Assembly: GCA_036172245.1 (NCBI GenBank)
Contig: JAYWIR010000040.1
Location: forward strand, 1,674,001 to 1,738,000
Length of the DNA: 64,000 nucleotides
Source of the DNA: Raillietiella orientalis
Lineage: Eukaryota
Direction of reading: 5' to 3'
A program made the position numbers and the translations under genes. The notes beneath the pieces were generated by a model that was not told the origin of the DNA, searched no databases, and saw only the letters and a program-made list of their open reading frames with translations. Positions 32,463 to 45,267 of this stretch are shown piece by piece (the first letter of the stretch is position 1; every line of letters starts with the position of its first letter).

Positions 32463-34051
32463 ACTTCCTTGCCCGGTCCCAGCAGTGCGCCGCCATCCGC
32501 CATGACGACCAGCGCCAGCCACTGGTGCGCGCAAAGTCTGCGGCGGAAGGTGCAGGGGGGCGGATGTTTCATCCGCTCGCCGCTCCGGAATGCCTCGCTG
32601 ATGGGCGATCGACGGCGCCCTGCACTTTCGGTCATCAGCAGCTCTCGCGCCTCCCGTCCGGCTCCTATGCAAGTCCCCCGGCGTCGTCCATCATCGCCTT
32701 CCCCTGGGCGGAGTCGCCGGGCGCTCTGCTTTCGTCAAGACGAGCCCGGCGCTTCCGTCCGTCCGTCTGGTCGTCGCCCGGGCATGGGCGTTTTCGCGCC
32801 TTTCTGCGCGCCGCGCTTCGCCTGGTCTGCAGGAGGTCCTCATCTGCATTCCTTCCAGGGAAGGACCGAACGCCCATTTCAGGCGAAGACCTGCGGCGGC
32901 GTGCCGTCCTTCTGAGCCGAGCCGAGCACCGGGCGTCCCAGGAGATTACGCGCTCCACGTATCCTGCGGTGCGTTCGCCGCCAACCCTGCTTCCAGCATC
33001 CTGTCATGGAGCATCTCCACGCCTTCGGCAGCAGCTGCGCTCCGTCCGGATCCTTCTCGCCGGTTGCACGGGATCGGAAAGGGATGGACATGTCTCCTTC
33101 CCCCGCCTGGAACGTTGCAGTCATCGCAGACGTCATTGCCTGTCTATCCGGTCGAGTAATAAGCGTTTTCCTCTGGGATTGTCTTCATGCAGCTTCCCCG
33201 TAATCTTCCTGTTGGCATTCAATTTCTCTACTAACCCGTATGCTGATCCATTTATTAGCGAGCGAATCGTTTTCGCTACTCCATGCGCTCTCCTCTGATC
33301 ATCGTTTTTTTTTCTTCTTCCTTTTGCGTTTTTGTTTTCCTTCTTCTTTGATCGCATTCGCAGGACCAGACGGACAGGTGCTCCTCGCCCTCGCGCAGGA
33401 GCCGGTTTCCGGAATGTTCCAAGCAAACTTTCGAGGGCGACCCATGCGCGGATGACTCGGCCCCCGGCCTTGGAAGAGATTCGGACGCCCACGCGACTGG
33501 GAGAGTGAAGGTTTCGCGTAGGACGAGCGCGTGGCGGGCGTGGCGGGCGTGGCAGGTTTGCTGGCGCTCGGAATTCGAAACGGGCCGACCAATCAGCGAG
33601 GCGAGCGGCGGCGACGGACCGGACTGCCGCCGTCGAGCCTTCCCGCCGCGGTGGTGACGAACGAGGTGCGTCATCCTCAACATTCTGGGAGGCTTCCTTC
33701 TTCTTCTTTTGTCGCGCAAGCGCTTGCCCTCGCCCTACCCGCTGGGTCGGGCGCGGCCGTTCGGTGCTCGCCCGCGCCCACTGCACTACCCTGCTCAGCG
33801 CGTCGTGCTGGATTTCGCAGCAATCCCCGCGTTGCGGAAGCTGCGTCGAGGTCATCCTCCCCCCCCAAGGCAACAGTTGGCGGAGTCTCTCCCCCCCTCC
33901 CCCTCGTGCTGCGCTGGGCACTCGCAAAGGCGCGCGCCTTCCCCTTTCCTCTCTCCCGTCGCGCCATTCAGGAAGCTCCTGGGATGAATGGCATATGGAC
34001 GGCGGTTTTGTTTTCGCTTTCTGCTCGAGAAGCGCAGCTTCCGGAAAACGA

Positions 34052-34160
34052 GGGGAGGAGGCGTTTGTTAAGGGAGGACCGGTGTGGCTGCAGGTGAGTG
34101 GGCGAACGCGTGCGCACACGCAAACATCAACGAAAAGCACCCGCGGACGAGTTTCGTCGG
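34052..34160 (+). repeat. ~110-bp diverged direct repeat, copy 2
   Basis: Same alignment as 32352-32462. Confidence 0.85.
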
Positions 34161-36469
34161 GGGCCTCCTCCGTCGTTGTGCGCGCTCCCATCTTCCTCGT
34201 CTCGGACTCTCTGGAGATCCTCGCCGCTGTCTTGGATGGCGCAGCAAAGCCGTCCGGTGTGCCCGCGTGACCTGGGGTCGGTGGAGGGCTCCCGCGCCGT
34301 CCTCGCGACCTCCCGCCCGCGGTCGTCCGGTTCCCGTCACCGGCGCGGTCACATCGGCGTGGGTGGATAGCGTCGTCTGTTGAAGCATCGCCCTTTCCTG
34401 GTTTTCCGCAACAGCCGCGATTCGAGAGGTTGCGGGTGCGCGTGGGCGGCGCGTCCGTGGGCGCGCGTTGCGTTGGTGCTGCGCGGGCGAGACGCTCACC
34501 TTGGGAACACCCGTCCGGCCCGTTCGCGGTGCAGTTCCGCCACGCCACCTTGACGGTGACGGTGGGAAGGGAAGGGAGAGAGGGATGAAGAGGCGATGCC
34601 GGTGTCGCCGGTTGCGAGGATGAGGAGGAGCCGTTGTCGTCATCCGGGCGGACATCCATTCGCTTCGGCCTCCTCCCCTTTCCTGGCGGCGGGCGCGGCA
34701 GCACGATGGAGGGAGCACCATCTCTGGGCTCACCCGCGAAGCGAGCGCGTGGGGGAGCACTCGGTGGTTGCCACCAGGAGGCAGGAGCGCCCAGCAGCCG
34801 AGTCGGGGAGCTGGGCACGGCCGATCGGCTGCCGTCCTCTGAGCTCCCGTCGTCGTCTCCTAGGACCCACAGGATCCTAGGAAATCCCTCCTCGGTGTTC
34901 GCAGCCAACTCCCGCCGTTGGGTACGTCCCTCAGAGGACGCGGGACGATGAGGCGCGGGGAAGAAGAAAGCGCGTCGCAGATAGAGGGCGCAGCTTCGGT
35001 TCGCGTGACGTTTCGGTCCTCGCCGTCCGTCAAGTGAGTCCTGGGCGGCGACGCAAGGCAGGGCAGGCGGAGAGGGGATGGGGGCGGTGGGTCATCGGAC
35101 TCCTTGCTGGCGGGATGAACGCAGGACTCCTGCTTTGTGCATCGGGAAGTCCCCGTTCCTCGGGAAGGGGCCTCCGACATGGGTCAGAGTGCCTCCTCGA
35201 TCGGGTGGCCCTCTCGTCGTTGCGGGCGCGGCCGACCACCCTCCCGAGCGGACGTCAAGCCTCTCCCCTCTCGTGGCAGCGCCTGCGGGGCTCCCACGGT
35301 CCGGAGAACGGGGCTGCTGGACGCTTCCCGGCTGGAGGCGGCCGTTCAGGGGTACCACCCCTCCTCGCCGTCGTCGCCGAGACAGCGAGGCGCGCCAAGG
35401 GTATGCTCGCTGTGGAAGGGGCGGAGGAAGTTGGTTCCAGTAGCCTTCTCGCGACCCCGGTCAGGAAGGAAAGAAAACGCCGAAGCAGTTCCTCACTCGG
35501 GTCAGGAGAGATCAAGGTGCCCTTGGGACCGGTTCACGCAGAAAGGCCCCCAGGAACCAGACCTGGACGCTTGCTGGGGGGGTCCATCCTCCTTCGCGCG
35601 ATGGCCGAGAAGATGACGAGGCAGAGGCGATCGCGGTCGCAAGAGACCTGGGAGAAGGTCTGGGGTGTGGAGGTTGCTGGACTCGCGTCCGTGCTCGACA
35701 CGGCCCGCCTGTGGGTTGAGCCTCCAGGGACTCAGGTCTTGTGACCGTTTCCTCGGCCGCGGTGTAGCTTCAGAGAAGGCGCAGTCCCTCCCCCGATGCA
35801 GTTTCCCGGCGAGGCAGGGCGAGCGTCGACGGAGGACCACGGTGCCGTAGGACGGCCTCTAAACCAACGGCGGGATGAGGCCAGCACGACCCTCATCCCT
35901 TCCCCCATCGGCGCTGACACCCTGGCGGGCGGCCAGGGTGGCAATGCCATCGGGGGACAATAGCCGAGAGAGGCCACACCTGGAAGGGGCCCAAAGCACG
36001 CGCTCATATTCTTCCCCCCTGATCCTCCTTTCTTCGCTGTCCAGGAGGCCCCCCGTCTGCCCTTCCCGTACGTGCACATCCCAGTCCTCCGTCCGCCTCC
36101 CTGCACGTGCGCGTGGACGGACGGACGGACGGGCGGTTTCCCTGTGGTCATGGTGCTTTGCGACCTGTGCTGCTTCTTGCCCGCCAGCCGCGGCTACCGG
36201 GAGCTCCCGAACGGGGCCTCCTCCGGGAGGGCCGTGGCCCCCATTCGGGGCGACGCTCCCAAGAGTAGGCGAGCGTCATCTGCAAGATGACCTTCAACGG
36301 CGAGGAGCACGTTCTTTCCCGGGCACCTCCCGAGCCGCCTGCCGGGGTCGGACAAGAAGTGCCCGGCGACCGGCGGACCCCGCACCTGTCGCGGCAGGGA
36401 GCCTCCGCCAGCGTCCCTCGCGCCTTCTCATCCCTGGAAGGCGGCCCTGAAGCCCACTCCAGCGGCGCC

Positions 36470-36840
36470 CTCTGGAGTGCCATCGTGTCCGCGGGCACCC
36501 GCCGCAGACGTCCCAGTCGCCGCTCCAGGCTCTCCTCCCGGGCATCCCCTCCTCCGCCGACTTCATCATCGATCCTCCTCTCCAGAACGCCCAGGAGCGC
36601 CTCTGCTTGAAGTGCCTGACCACTGCCCTCTACCACAAGTAGATCTCGCAATATGGCTTCAGCCTGAGGCAGGACGAGGACGGCCTCGTGGTCGTCAGCG
36701 CCGTCCATGCGGACAGCCCGGCGAACCGCGACGGCAGGCTGAGTGTCGGTGACGTCATCCGGCAGGTGAACGACTCGGATGTCAGCCGAATGAGGGTGGA
36801 GAGCAGGTCGTCGACCTGCTGCGGAAGACCAGGGTCCGCG
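36470..36840 (+). pseudogene. Intronless PDZ-domain pseudogene fragment
   Basis: Reads LKCLTTALYHK*ISQYGFSLRQDEDGLVVVSAVHADSPANRDGRLSVGDVIRQVNDSDVSRMRVE, then a frameshift to EQVVDLLRKT. This is the classic PDZ signature, with an in-frame TAG at 36640-36642. Confidence 0.85.
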
Positions 36841-37044
36841 CGAAGGCGCTCCTGCACTTCCGCCGCTGCGCGCGGCGGCCTGATCTCACTTGGCTACGCG
36901 GGGCTCCTTGCCCCTGCCCCTCCCGCTCTTCCCGGGCTTGCTCCTTTGCACAACCGGAGGAGAACTACCCATTTCTTGATTCAGTTGCCTAGAACTCCGG
37001 AGGGTCGACTCTTATTGTCCCGGCCACTCATCGGAGGACATACG

Positions 37045-38800
37045 GTTTGAACCGCTACCGGCGCCGCACCCGAATGAATTCAGGGCAACCAGCGTCATCT
37101 CGCAGGAGAAACTCGAACCCACGGAGCACCCTCACATCTCGGCGTCGATCCTCCCGAGAGGATTCGAACCCCCGATGGCTGGTGCCACACGCGGAGACCG
37201 CAGCCACGTGACCTCCGATGCGGGCCAGGATGGCAGCGCCAACCGTCCAGGATTCCTAGGAGAGGCAGAGGAGCCAGAGAGGACCCCGCGGCGGTGCGTC
37301 GACCGTCGACCGTGGCGCAGTGGCCTGGGGTCCCGAGGAACCCACAACGCCGTCAGGGGAATCCGACCAGAAGAACTTCCAGAGAGGGGTCCCTTCCCGG
37401 GAGAGCCACAGTGCTCCGTGGAGCCAGGACCAGACGCGACCTATCCGGCGCTCAGCACGGCGCGCTGGGGTGAGCGGGGGAACTTTCGAATCTTCATCCG
37501 CCCGGATTCTGCGACAGAACCGGGACTCCGGTCGGGTAGGTGCGCGGCAACCTCCTCCTCTCCCGGGGCAAGGAGCTGCTCCCCCCTTTCCTTCCCATAT
37601 GCTCCCCAACATTTTGTGCTGGCAGCGGGTGCCACCGTGGACGAGTAGCCTGCCCTCAGGCGCGGAGGATTCGAGGACCGCGTGTGGGAGGGTGACAGCG
37701 TTGTGCGTTGACCCCTGGAAACGCCCCGAGAGCCCTGCCGCGTAGGGTCTCCCGCGGTCATCGGGCGCGACAGTGGGGAGCGCGTACAGGAGGACCGAAA
37801 GAATTCGAGGACCTCGCGGCTTCGAAAGCGGCCGTCGGGCCCTGATGAAGCCACCTCCGGCTATGTGACCGCCCGTTCCTTCCAGAGCTGTTGCGCCAAA
37901 GCCATCCTCCTCCTCAGACAAAGGCGTCTCCAGGGCGGCGTCCTCGACAGCGGGCTGTCTCCTTCCTGCTTTTCCGGCTGCGCAGCCGCAGGCGAGGTCG
38001 CGCATGAGACCTCAGCACCACGGGCGGTCTCTCTGGACCAGGGAGACTCCGGCATGGCCTGGATCCTCGCAGGTAGCCGCCTCTGCTTGCCCCAGACCCC
38101 AGGTGAAGGTCACGGCGGGCACCGGCAGTCAGTGGTTGCGACTCCGGCCGCCGGAGGGCGAAAGGACGGGTCTTGACCTGGAGAGCGAGCCCGGTGGGGT
38201 GAGGGCTCTCCTGCCGCCGGGCCCGTGCTGCCTCTCGGGATCGGGCGGGAATTCCCTGGGCGACGCTGGACGTGGTGAGGAGCAGAGTCGCTCGCGGTCC
38301 CTCCGGGCAGCCATCCAGCAAGGTCCCCGGGAGATGCCCGTTGGGGCTCCGGAAGCGAACGTCACGGGGAGGCATCCGCGAGGGCGGAAGGTTGATCCGG
38401 TCTTCCTTGGGCAATCCGACGAGTCTGCCTTCCTTTGCGCTAGCAGCAGCAGCAGAGGCGGCAGAGGCGCCTGCCATGGGGTGCATACCCCATGGCAGGC
38501 GCGCGCGTCGCTGGGGTGGCTGCAAGGCGCTGGCTGATTGGCTGCCGCCCGCTCTCGCGCCGAGAGAAGATTCCTCACCGCAGCATCTAGCGTGTTCTTG
38601 ACAAACTGGTGTTGAAGCTCGTCGCCGCTCCAGCGCCGCCATCGCGGCTTCCGGAAGCGCGTCCACGGGGGACCTCATGGTCCCTCCTGCACCCATAAAA
38701 TTCGTTCCAAAGGCCCTACCCTCGCAGGCAGATACGGATCGATCCGGTTTCTTACGTAACGGGAGGAAAGGACTATTCTGCTCTTCTCCTTGACGCGGAA
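37045..38800 (-). mobile_element. Decayed L1/Tx1-like ORF2 (RT core and thumb), same family as 20800-23110
   Basis: Collinear motifs PLRKKPD, QHQFVKNTLDAAVRNLLSARE, LLLLLAQRKADS (LDxxKAFD-like), ILSVLLYALP, VTLPHAVLESSAPEGRL; also PASEVTWLRSPRVAP, shared with ~22300. Confidence 0.6.
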
Positions 38801-41800
38801 CCTGCCGGATCTGACCCTCCTCTTGCCGATGAGAAAGGAAGGCAGGGTCAAACTTGGCGCGGATACCACGCAAACGGGGGAGCAACCCAAGGGATCCTTC
38901 CACCATTCGGATCTTGCCCGTGAAAACTCTCTGCAGGGAGAAGAGGAACTCTTCGAAAATCGCCTGTGGCAACCCTATCTGTTTTCCCGCTATCGCGGAG
39001 GCAACGTACAAAGCGATCTCAATCTCCAGCTTAAAAGAGAAGCACCAACTTAAGGGAGAGGGAGAGGGAAGCCATCGCGGATTAATTGCTTCATCAGGCA
39101 GCGGGCGATCGAAGCCGGCGAACAAGGAGGGGGAGGAGGGAAGAACGGACTGGGCCCCCGGTCGGACGCTCCCAAGTGCACCACAGGAAAGAAATTCGCA
39201 CGGAGGCTGCATGCGCAGATCCGAAGGAAGGAAAGGAAGAGCCGCACCCCTCCCCTCCCCCCTTTTCCCTTTCTCTCTCTCCATCGCAACAGCGCAGACC
39301 CCCCTTCATTTCTCGACTAAGGCGCGTGGTGGCTCTGCCGTCCCTTTCCGAGCCGGACAACACCGTCCCGGCTCTCCGTGAGGCATCTTGCGAGGAACGG
39401 GGAAAAGAGGCGGCGTTTCTCATCCTGGTAGGGATGCGAGCGAGCAAGCTAGGAGCGGGGAGGAAAGATGCCTTCATTTTCCCGAGAAGTAGGAAGGGGT
39501 GTAAGCGGGGCTCCAGGAGCTTCGCGAGACCTTCGCAACGGTCGCGATCGTTAGCGGAAGAGGGCCCTTGGCGCCTTGGAGCCGCCATTGCTAGCGTAGA
39601 GCTCGGGGAGTCCCTGCTGCGCGTCCCGGTTGATTCTCGCTCCCCCCGCGGGAGGCACTCCGGTGCGCCCCGCGATCCCAAGACTGGAGGGAAAAACTCG
39701 AAAGTTCCCCGACACCTTCTCCTAGCCGGTAGGGTCCGACGCGCGCTTCCGGGAAATGGGGACGGCTAGGCGGCGGCGCCAGGCAGGCGAACGCGAGGCG
39801 TGAGAACGAGCAAGCGAAAAGAGAATTCCGCGGGAGCTGCCGCTGCTCCGAGAGATAATCCGGGAAAGCGGATCGGGAATGCGGAGGGACTCCCGGAGAT
39901 GGGTCGCGGACGGAGGAGAGGACGGGCGGCAGCCATCGCGAAGGGTCGGGAGGGATGCCGACGTCCGCGCGCGGTGAGGCGGGAGGAGCGGGGGTTGCCA
40001 TCGCAACGGGAGCCGTCGCGCGCAAATGTCGGGACGACCGCTGCCAACCGGTGGCGGTAGCCCGGTCGGGGCTCTGGAGACGAAACGAAGACAGAAGCGC
40101 GCGCGCAGCTTCCCGAGGAAGACTGGAAATCGGATCGAAGAAAAAAAAATGCGTGGTGGACCGTATCGCGGGAGGCGCTCATGCCAAGGAGTGTACTGCA
40201 GGAGTGTACAACGGAAGCAGCGGAGGACTCGAATTCAGGCGCTGCTGAGCTCCTATTTCGGGGATGCGGGAGCAAATCCTCTGGTTGCGAGGGACGCCTT
40301 CCGTTCGGGATTGCTTTGGTAGCCCTGCATCCGGTCGACCCCGTGCAACCGAACTCCACTGCCGTCGCAGGAGGATGGAAGGGGTGTGTCGCGGCTTCGG
40401 AAGCTGCCTCCACGGGAGTGCCAGCTGACCGCGGACTCCAGGGAGAGGGGGAGGGGGACGTGACCCCGAGAGGCTCTCAGCCACGCGGTCGGAGGAGCGG
40501 GATTCTCTGGACTTCCCACAGCCCGCTGGCTTCCTCGCTGTCGGCGGAGGACCGGCGGCGTGGGGGTGGGGGCGGAGAGCCATTTCCGTGAAGCATGGGG
40601 CGACACGGGGGGAAGAGGGCTCGCCTGCGGCTCCGGTAGTCTTCGCCGGCGGGACTGCTGGGTCGCAGCGCGATGTCGGAACCGAAGGTCTCCCGGTGTT
40701 TCTGTGCCCGTACCTCTACGGTACAGGGCATGGTCCAGCCATGATCCTCCAGGTTTTCGTTCTGCGGAAGACGTGCCCGGGTAGGAGGCCGCTGAATGCC
40801 TCCGCCATCTTTTACACTTCATCTCCGCTTCAACCTCTTCCCCCGGAGGCTGCGGGCTCAAGAATGCTTCCTCGTCTCTTCCGGCGACCCAACCCGAGAG
40901 CCTCTCAGTGGGCAACTCTGGGGTGGCGCGTGTGCTCTTAGGAGCGCGATTTAACCCCCGCCTACCCCGGTTCTTTGATGGCTCGCCATGAACCCCCATG
41001 CACGACCCCACAGCTATCGTCGCGATGGTAACTCTGCGAGATCCTCTTGTGAGATGCGCGTTTTCCCTCTTCCCTCCGGTTCCATCTCGCATTTCCGTTC
41101 CTGCAGGATTAACGCCCTCACTGTCGTGGCATCCATCTCGCAGAAGAGCCCGTTTTTTTTTCATTTTTTTATTCCAGAAAAAAAAGGGGAATGTCCCTGC
41201 CCCACGTGTTTGTGATGGCTGAACATTCATATTTTCCCGGGAGGAAATTTCCTGTCGATTCTCCCTGCTTGCAGGACTCAATCTTCAGGAAGTCATCGGG
41301 AAAGGTTTAAAAGCGTCCCGAGAAGCAGCGTCGCGCAGCGAGCGGCCCTAACTTTCTGCTGCGGATCAGAGGCGGCTGGAGCAAACAGGCTCGGCCGGAC
41401 ACCCAGAAGCCCTCTGGGCCCTTCCAGAAGGCGGCGGCCCGCTCGACTCTCGGGAGCCGTTTCTGCCGCCGGGAGGGTGGGGGGGTTCCAGGAGACATCA
41501 CGACACGTGCCCTGGCCCTCAGACTCGGCAGCTCTCCTGGCTCTCCCTGGAATCCTTTCCTCGGCTCTCCCCTCTCCGTCATCCACCGTAGGCTCGCAGC
41601 TGGCTACCGGGACACCAGGCCCGAGACCACCGCTCACTCGCCGAATAGGGTGTGCGACTGCTGCAGGCACTGCGCGCACGTACGCGATCTTTCACCGGAG
41701 AGGGAAGGAACGGTGGTCGAGGCGAGCAATCGCGGAGAGAGACGACCCCGGAGCTGCCGCTCGAATCTGGGCGCCTCTCCCCTCCCCAGGGCTTCGCGCT

Positions 41801-41899
41801 CGCCGACGCATCCTGAAGAAGATCCAGAAGGACAGAAGCCCCACACCCAGTCCAGTGGCAGGCCACAGGACGCCACTGTGTTGGTACGCCTCATTGTGC

Positions 41900-42300
41900 G
41901 ATTGTACTCTCGTGCCTGTGCTGACCTTGGTTATTATGCAGGGACGCTCCACTGCCAGCCGGGCTGAGGAGGAGAGGGAGGGACAGCGGGCGTGCTCCGA
42001 GGCATCCCGAACTCATCTGCGCCTTCCAGCTCTGACTCGGAAAGAAAGAAGAAAAGAAAGAAAAAAAAAATGCAACACGACAGGGATTGTTCCGATAGCC
42101 GGGAGTTCACGTGATGCCGTTCCTGCTGGTGGCATCCGTAGATGGAGATGCTACAGCATTCACAGCTTCGGATGTGTACTATTCGAGCGGCAACGCCCTG
42201 ATCTTTTCGTGAACATTCCCGTAGTCTGTAGGTGCTGGTCAGGTTCCATGTCAGACAGCCTCCCTTTCCGCTGTCCTTGCTTTCCTTCCCTTCCCGCAAG
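41900..42300 (-). mobile_element. Possible APE endonuclease remnant
   Basis: CLTWNL...ARIVHIRSCECCSISIYG resembles the APE motifs TWNV and ISIYAP; very degenerate. Confidence 0.35.
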
Positions 42301-45267
42301 GGCTGTCCTTCTTAGCTTCTTAATCATCTCTTAATCGGGAATATGGGTCATAAGGATGAACTACACAGGGACCGAGAGATGGAGTGCACATCCGAGGAGC
42401 TTCAGTGGCAAAAACTGACTGATACATCGTATAATATGGCGGCGCAATCAAAGGAGAAGTCAAAAAAATATCGACAAAATGTGGACTTAAGCACGGAATA
42501 AATCATCCCTTTCGACCGTGCAATTTTTTCCTTTTTTTTTTTTTTTTTTTTTTACTTACAAAGGGGAGGCACAGGATTCAATAAAAATCCCAAAGGCATC
42601 ACAAAATGGCTTTATCTTTGTCGCTTTTTGCATATTCCTGAACTAGCGCTATCTGAGAGGATATTGGAAGCTGGACGTGGCGGCGCGACCCCTCCCCGTC
42701 GAATCCTTCAGCGAATTTTTTTTCCGCTGGTGCCAAACGAAATTTCGAGCGCGATCTGCAGGAAAGGGTGGCCGGTGGCAACTCTGGCTTTGCTTACCGC
42801 CGTCACCCCTTTAGGATGTGGGATCGCGCAGCCCTCCAAGTGTCTTCGACGCCTCATCCGAAGAAGTGGCCGCGACTTGGAAGCCTCAGACTTGGAAGAT
42901 TTCGACTCACCGTTCATTCGTTTCACGTTGTTGGGTCCGCGCTGGAGGCGGTGCAGCTGCGGTCTCCGTACGCCACGTGGTACCAAACGTTGCGGATTTC
43001 GAATACTCACATGAGGAATGGGTGCGTCGTGGATTTCGAGTTCTCCTCTCCCCCCCTCTCCCGGCAGGAGGACTCTGGTCGGCCCACGGGTTTCGGGTGA
43101 GGCACCGGTGGAAGCCGGAAACCGGATGCTCCCGTCGACTGGCCCGGGATCCGAAGTAGGCCCTCCGCTATCCTTCCAGGAATCAAGGATTCGGTTCTCT
43201 CCGGGTTCCCCTCCGGTTGTGCAAGTGGAGCCGTCCTCTCCCTCGGAAGGACCCTCCATCGAGAGCCATGGAGCTGGTGGATTGGCTGATTCCTCTCCAG
43301 AATGTGGAGGAGCGCGCTGCTTCCTTCGGGAGCGACTCTTCGGAAAAAATTTCGAAGAGTTCCTTCGGGGTCCTCCTCAGAGAAATAAACAGGGACGGTT
43401 TCCTTGCCGGTTCCCTCCGGAAAAGAAATTCCAGGAGCGGCTCTCTTGGAGAGTCCTTTCCGAGACAACCAGGGTAAAGGGTTCTCTCCCGAGCACGAGA
43501 GCAACTTCCTTCCACTCTCCTTCCCTCCGGAGCCTTCCTGGATTCATAGGGTGGTCCCCTCCCGGGGTACCTCCTAACTTGAAAAGTCAACATGCACATG
43601 CGAGCGGTGTAGACAGTGTCCAATAGTCTCGTGAGCCTCCAGGCAAAAAATCCTTCAGTAATTAGCAAACCACTCGTTTCAGTAGGAGCGCCAGGAACCG
43701 AACGACACAATCCCTGCAACTGAATCAGAGTTACTCCATCTCTGATGCAGTTCTGAGGATCTGAAAATTGGTCCATAAGTTTGTAGTTGGTTCGCAGCTT
43801 CAGATGCTGTATCTTTTGAAAAAGGGGAAAAGTGTTGGAAGAAAAGAGGAGGAGGAGGAAGAAGAAGAAGAGACAACTACCTCGTCGGAAATTTCATCGC
43901 TAATGGCTGACTCCAATTTTGGAGACGGCTGGGAACCAGATCTCCGCCATTTGCAAATCCAAGATCTGAATTGTCTTCGTCAGCAGTCTGCAGTGATCCG
44001 TGCCCTTCCCCCCCTCCCCCGCAGCGTATTCTCCCGAACCGAGAAAATGAGCGCATCGTCGTTGACGCAGGTTCCAGCCTCCATCGAACCACTGGAAGAC
44101 CCAGGTGGCCCTCGTGTGCGCTCAGTGGGGGTGCTCAAGGTGCAACCATGGAAAGCTGCAGCGATGCGAGCCGCCTCAATCGGGAAAAGGGGTGCAAAAA
44201 TCGACCGACTTCCGCTTCCGATGTCTGCGGCAGGCGCGCGCTGTCGTCTGCCTCCCCGACCTTCACTAGGTCGCTCCTGCGTTTCCACTGAGGGAATTCA
44301 GGCATTCTCGTCTCTCTCTCCTTCCCCCTTCCCATTCTCCGTCTGCATTCCTCTTTCCTTCCATCATCCTTGGAATTCCTGCAGAGTCCCTCATTCTCGG
44401 CTCCCACGCAGGTGCTTCCGCACTGCCGAAAACAGCAGCAACTTCGCAGATGCTCCCGCCAGCCCGTGGGCGTGGTTCTCCCTCTCCTCCCTATGCCCCG
44501 TCTTTCTCGAGCTTCGCAGTTCCCGACGTCGCTTGCGAAAGGAGCTCCACGCCGTGCTGAAGTGCCCTTTCGAGCTGGTCCGATGGCGCCCCTGCCAAAT
44601 CCGCGTCTCCCCTCCTCCTGCCCTCTGCTGCTGCAGCTGCTGCTTTTGGCGAAATCCCCGCTCTCTCAGAGATTTCGTCGCCGTCCTGGTTTCCTCCCGG
44701 AGCACACGTTTGCTTAGCCTCGAGGGGTTTACCTGGACGAAACTGCCTCTGCCGCCTGGACTCCCACCCGGAGAAGAAGGCGCAACGAGCTCTTGCGCCT
44801 TCCCTCGCTCTTGACTCCCAGAGCATCTCATGACGCCTCCCGGCGGAGGCAGCGCACGTGCTCTGAACTGCACTTCGGAAACGGGGTGCGTTCACTCCAC
44901 TTCAGGAAGGAAACCAAGGCGACCCCTCACTCTCTCTTCTCCTTCCTCGGCAGGCAGCACTGGAGTCCTGGGTTGCCATCTTGGAAGTGCGCTCAGAGGA
45001 ATTGCGTCCGCTGTGGAAACTTCCACCCAGGCTGCTGAAAGGTCTCCTGCAGGATTGGACTCCATGGCCTCGGATAGTCGTCGCACTCCTTGCCGCAGAG
45101 CTGTCTGTCAGAGAAAGCGATGACGGCAGCCAATCGGCGGGGTGGGAGTTGTCGTTCAAAATTCCAGGAGTCGAGAAACTCCTGGATGGCCGGAAGACGA
45201 GAGAGTTAGTGAAAGTCGCCACTCCTCATTTCCAGGCGAAGGGACTCCTTCTGTGGAATGACCAACT

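Noticed and set aside
33133..34908. 591-aa minus-strand ORF and other long ORFs (57080-58726, 37914-39284, 53655-54764, 25947-27080)
   Set aside because: They are Arg/Pro/Gly/Ala/Ser-rich, overlap in several frames and show no coherent domain. This is expected from stop-codon scarcity at high GC; only short TE-derived segments within them are meaningful.
37045..37225. tRNA-derived SINE (minus-strand GGTTCGAATCC B-box-like; homologue at 22120-22305)
   Set aside because: Differences between the two copies include several synonymous changes and a 3-nt indel in one minus-strand frame (PASExxWLRxSPRVAP), there is no cloverleaf, and both sit at the same position within ORF2 relics. It is better explained as coding sequence.
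37815..37855. Hammerhead ribozyme-like GAAA...CTGATGA arrangement
   Set aside because: Stems I and III cannot form and the stem II closing pair mismatches.
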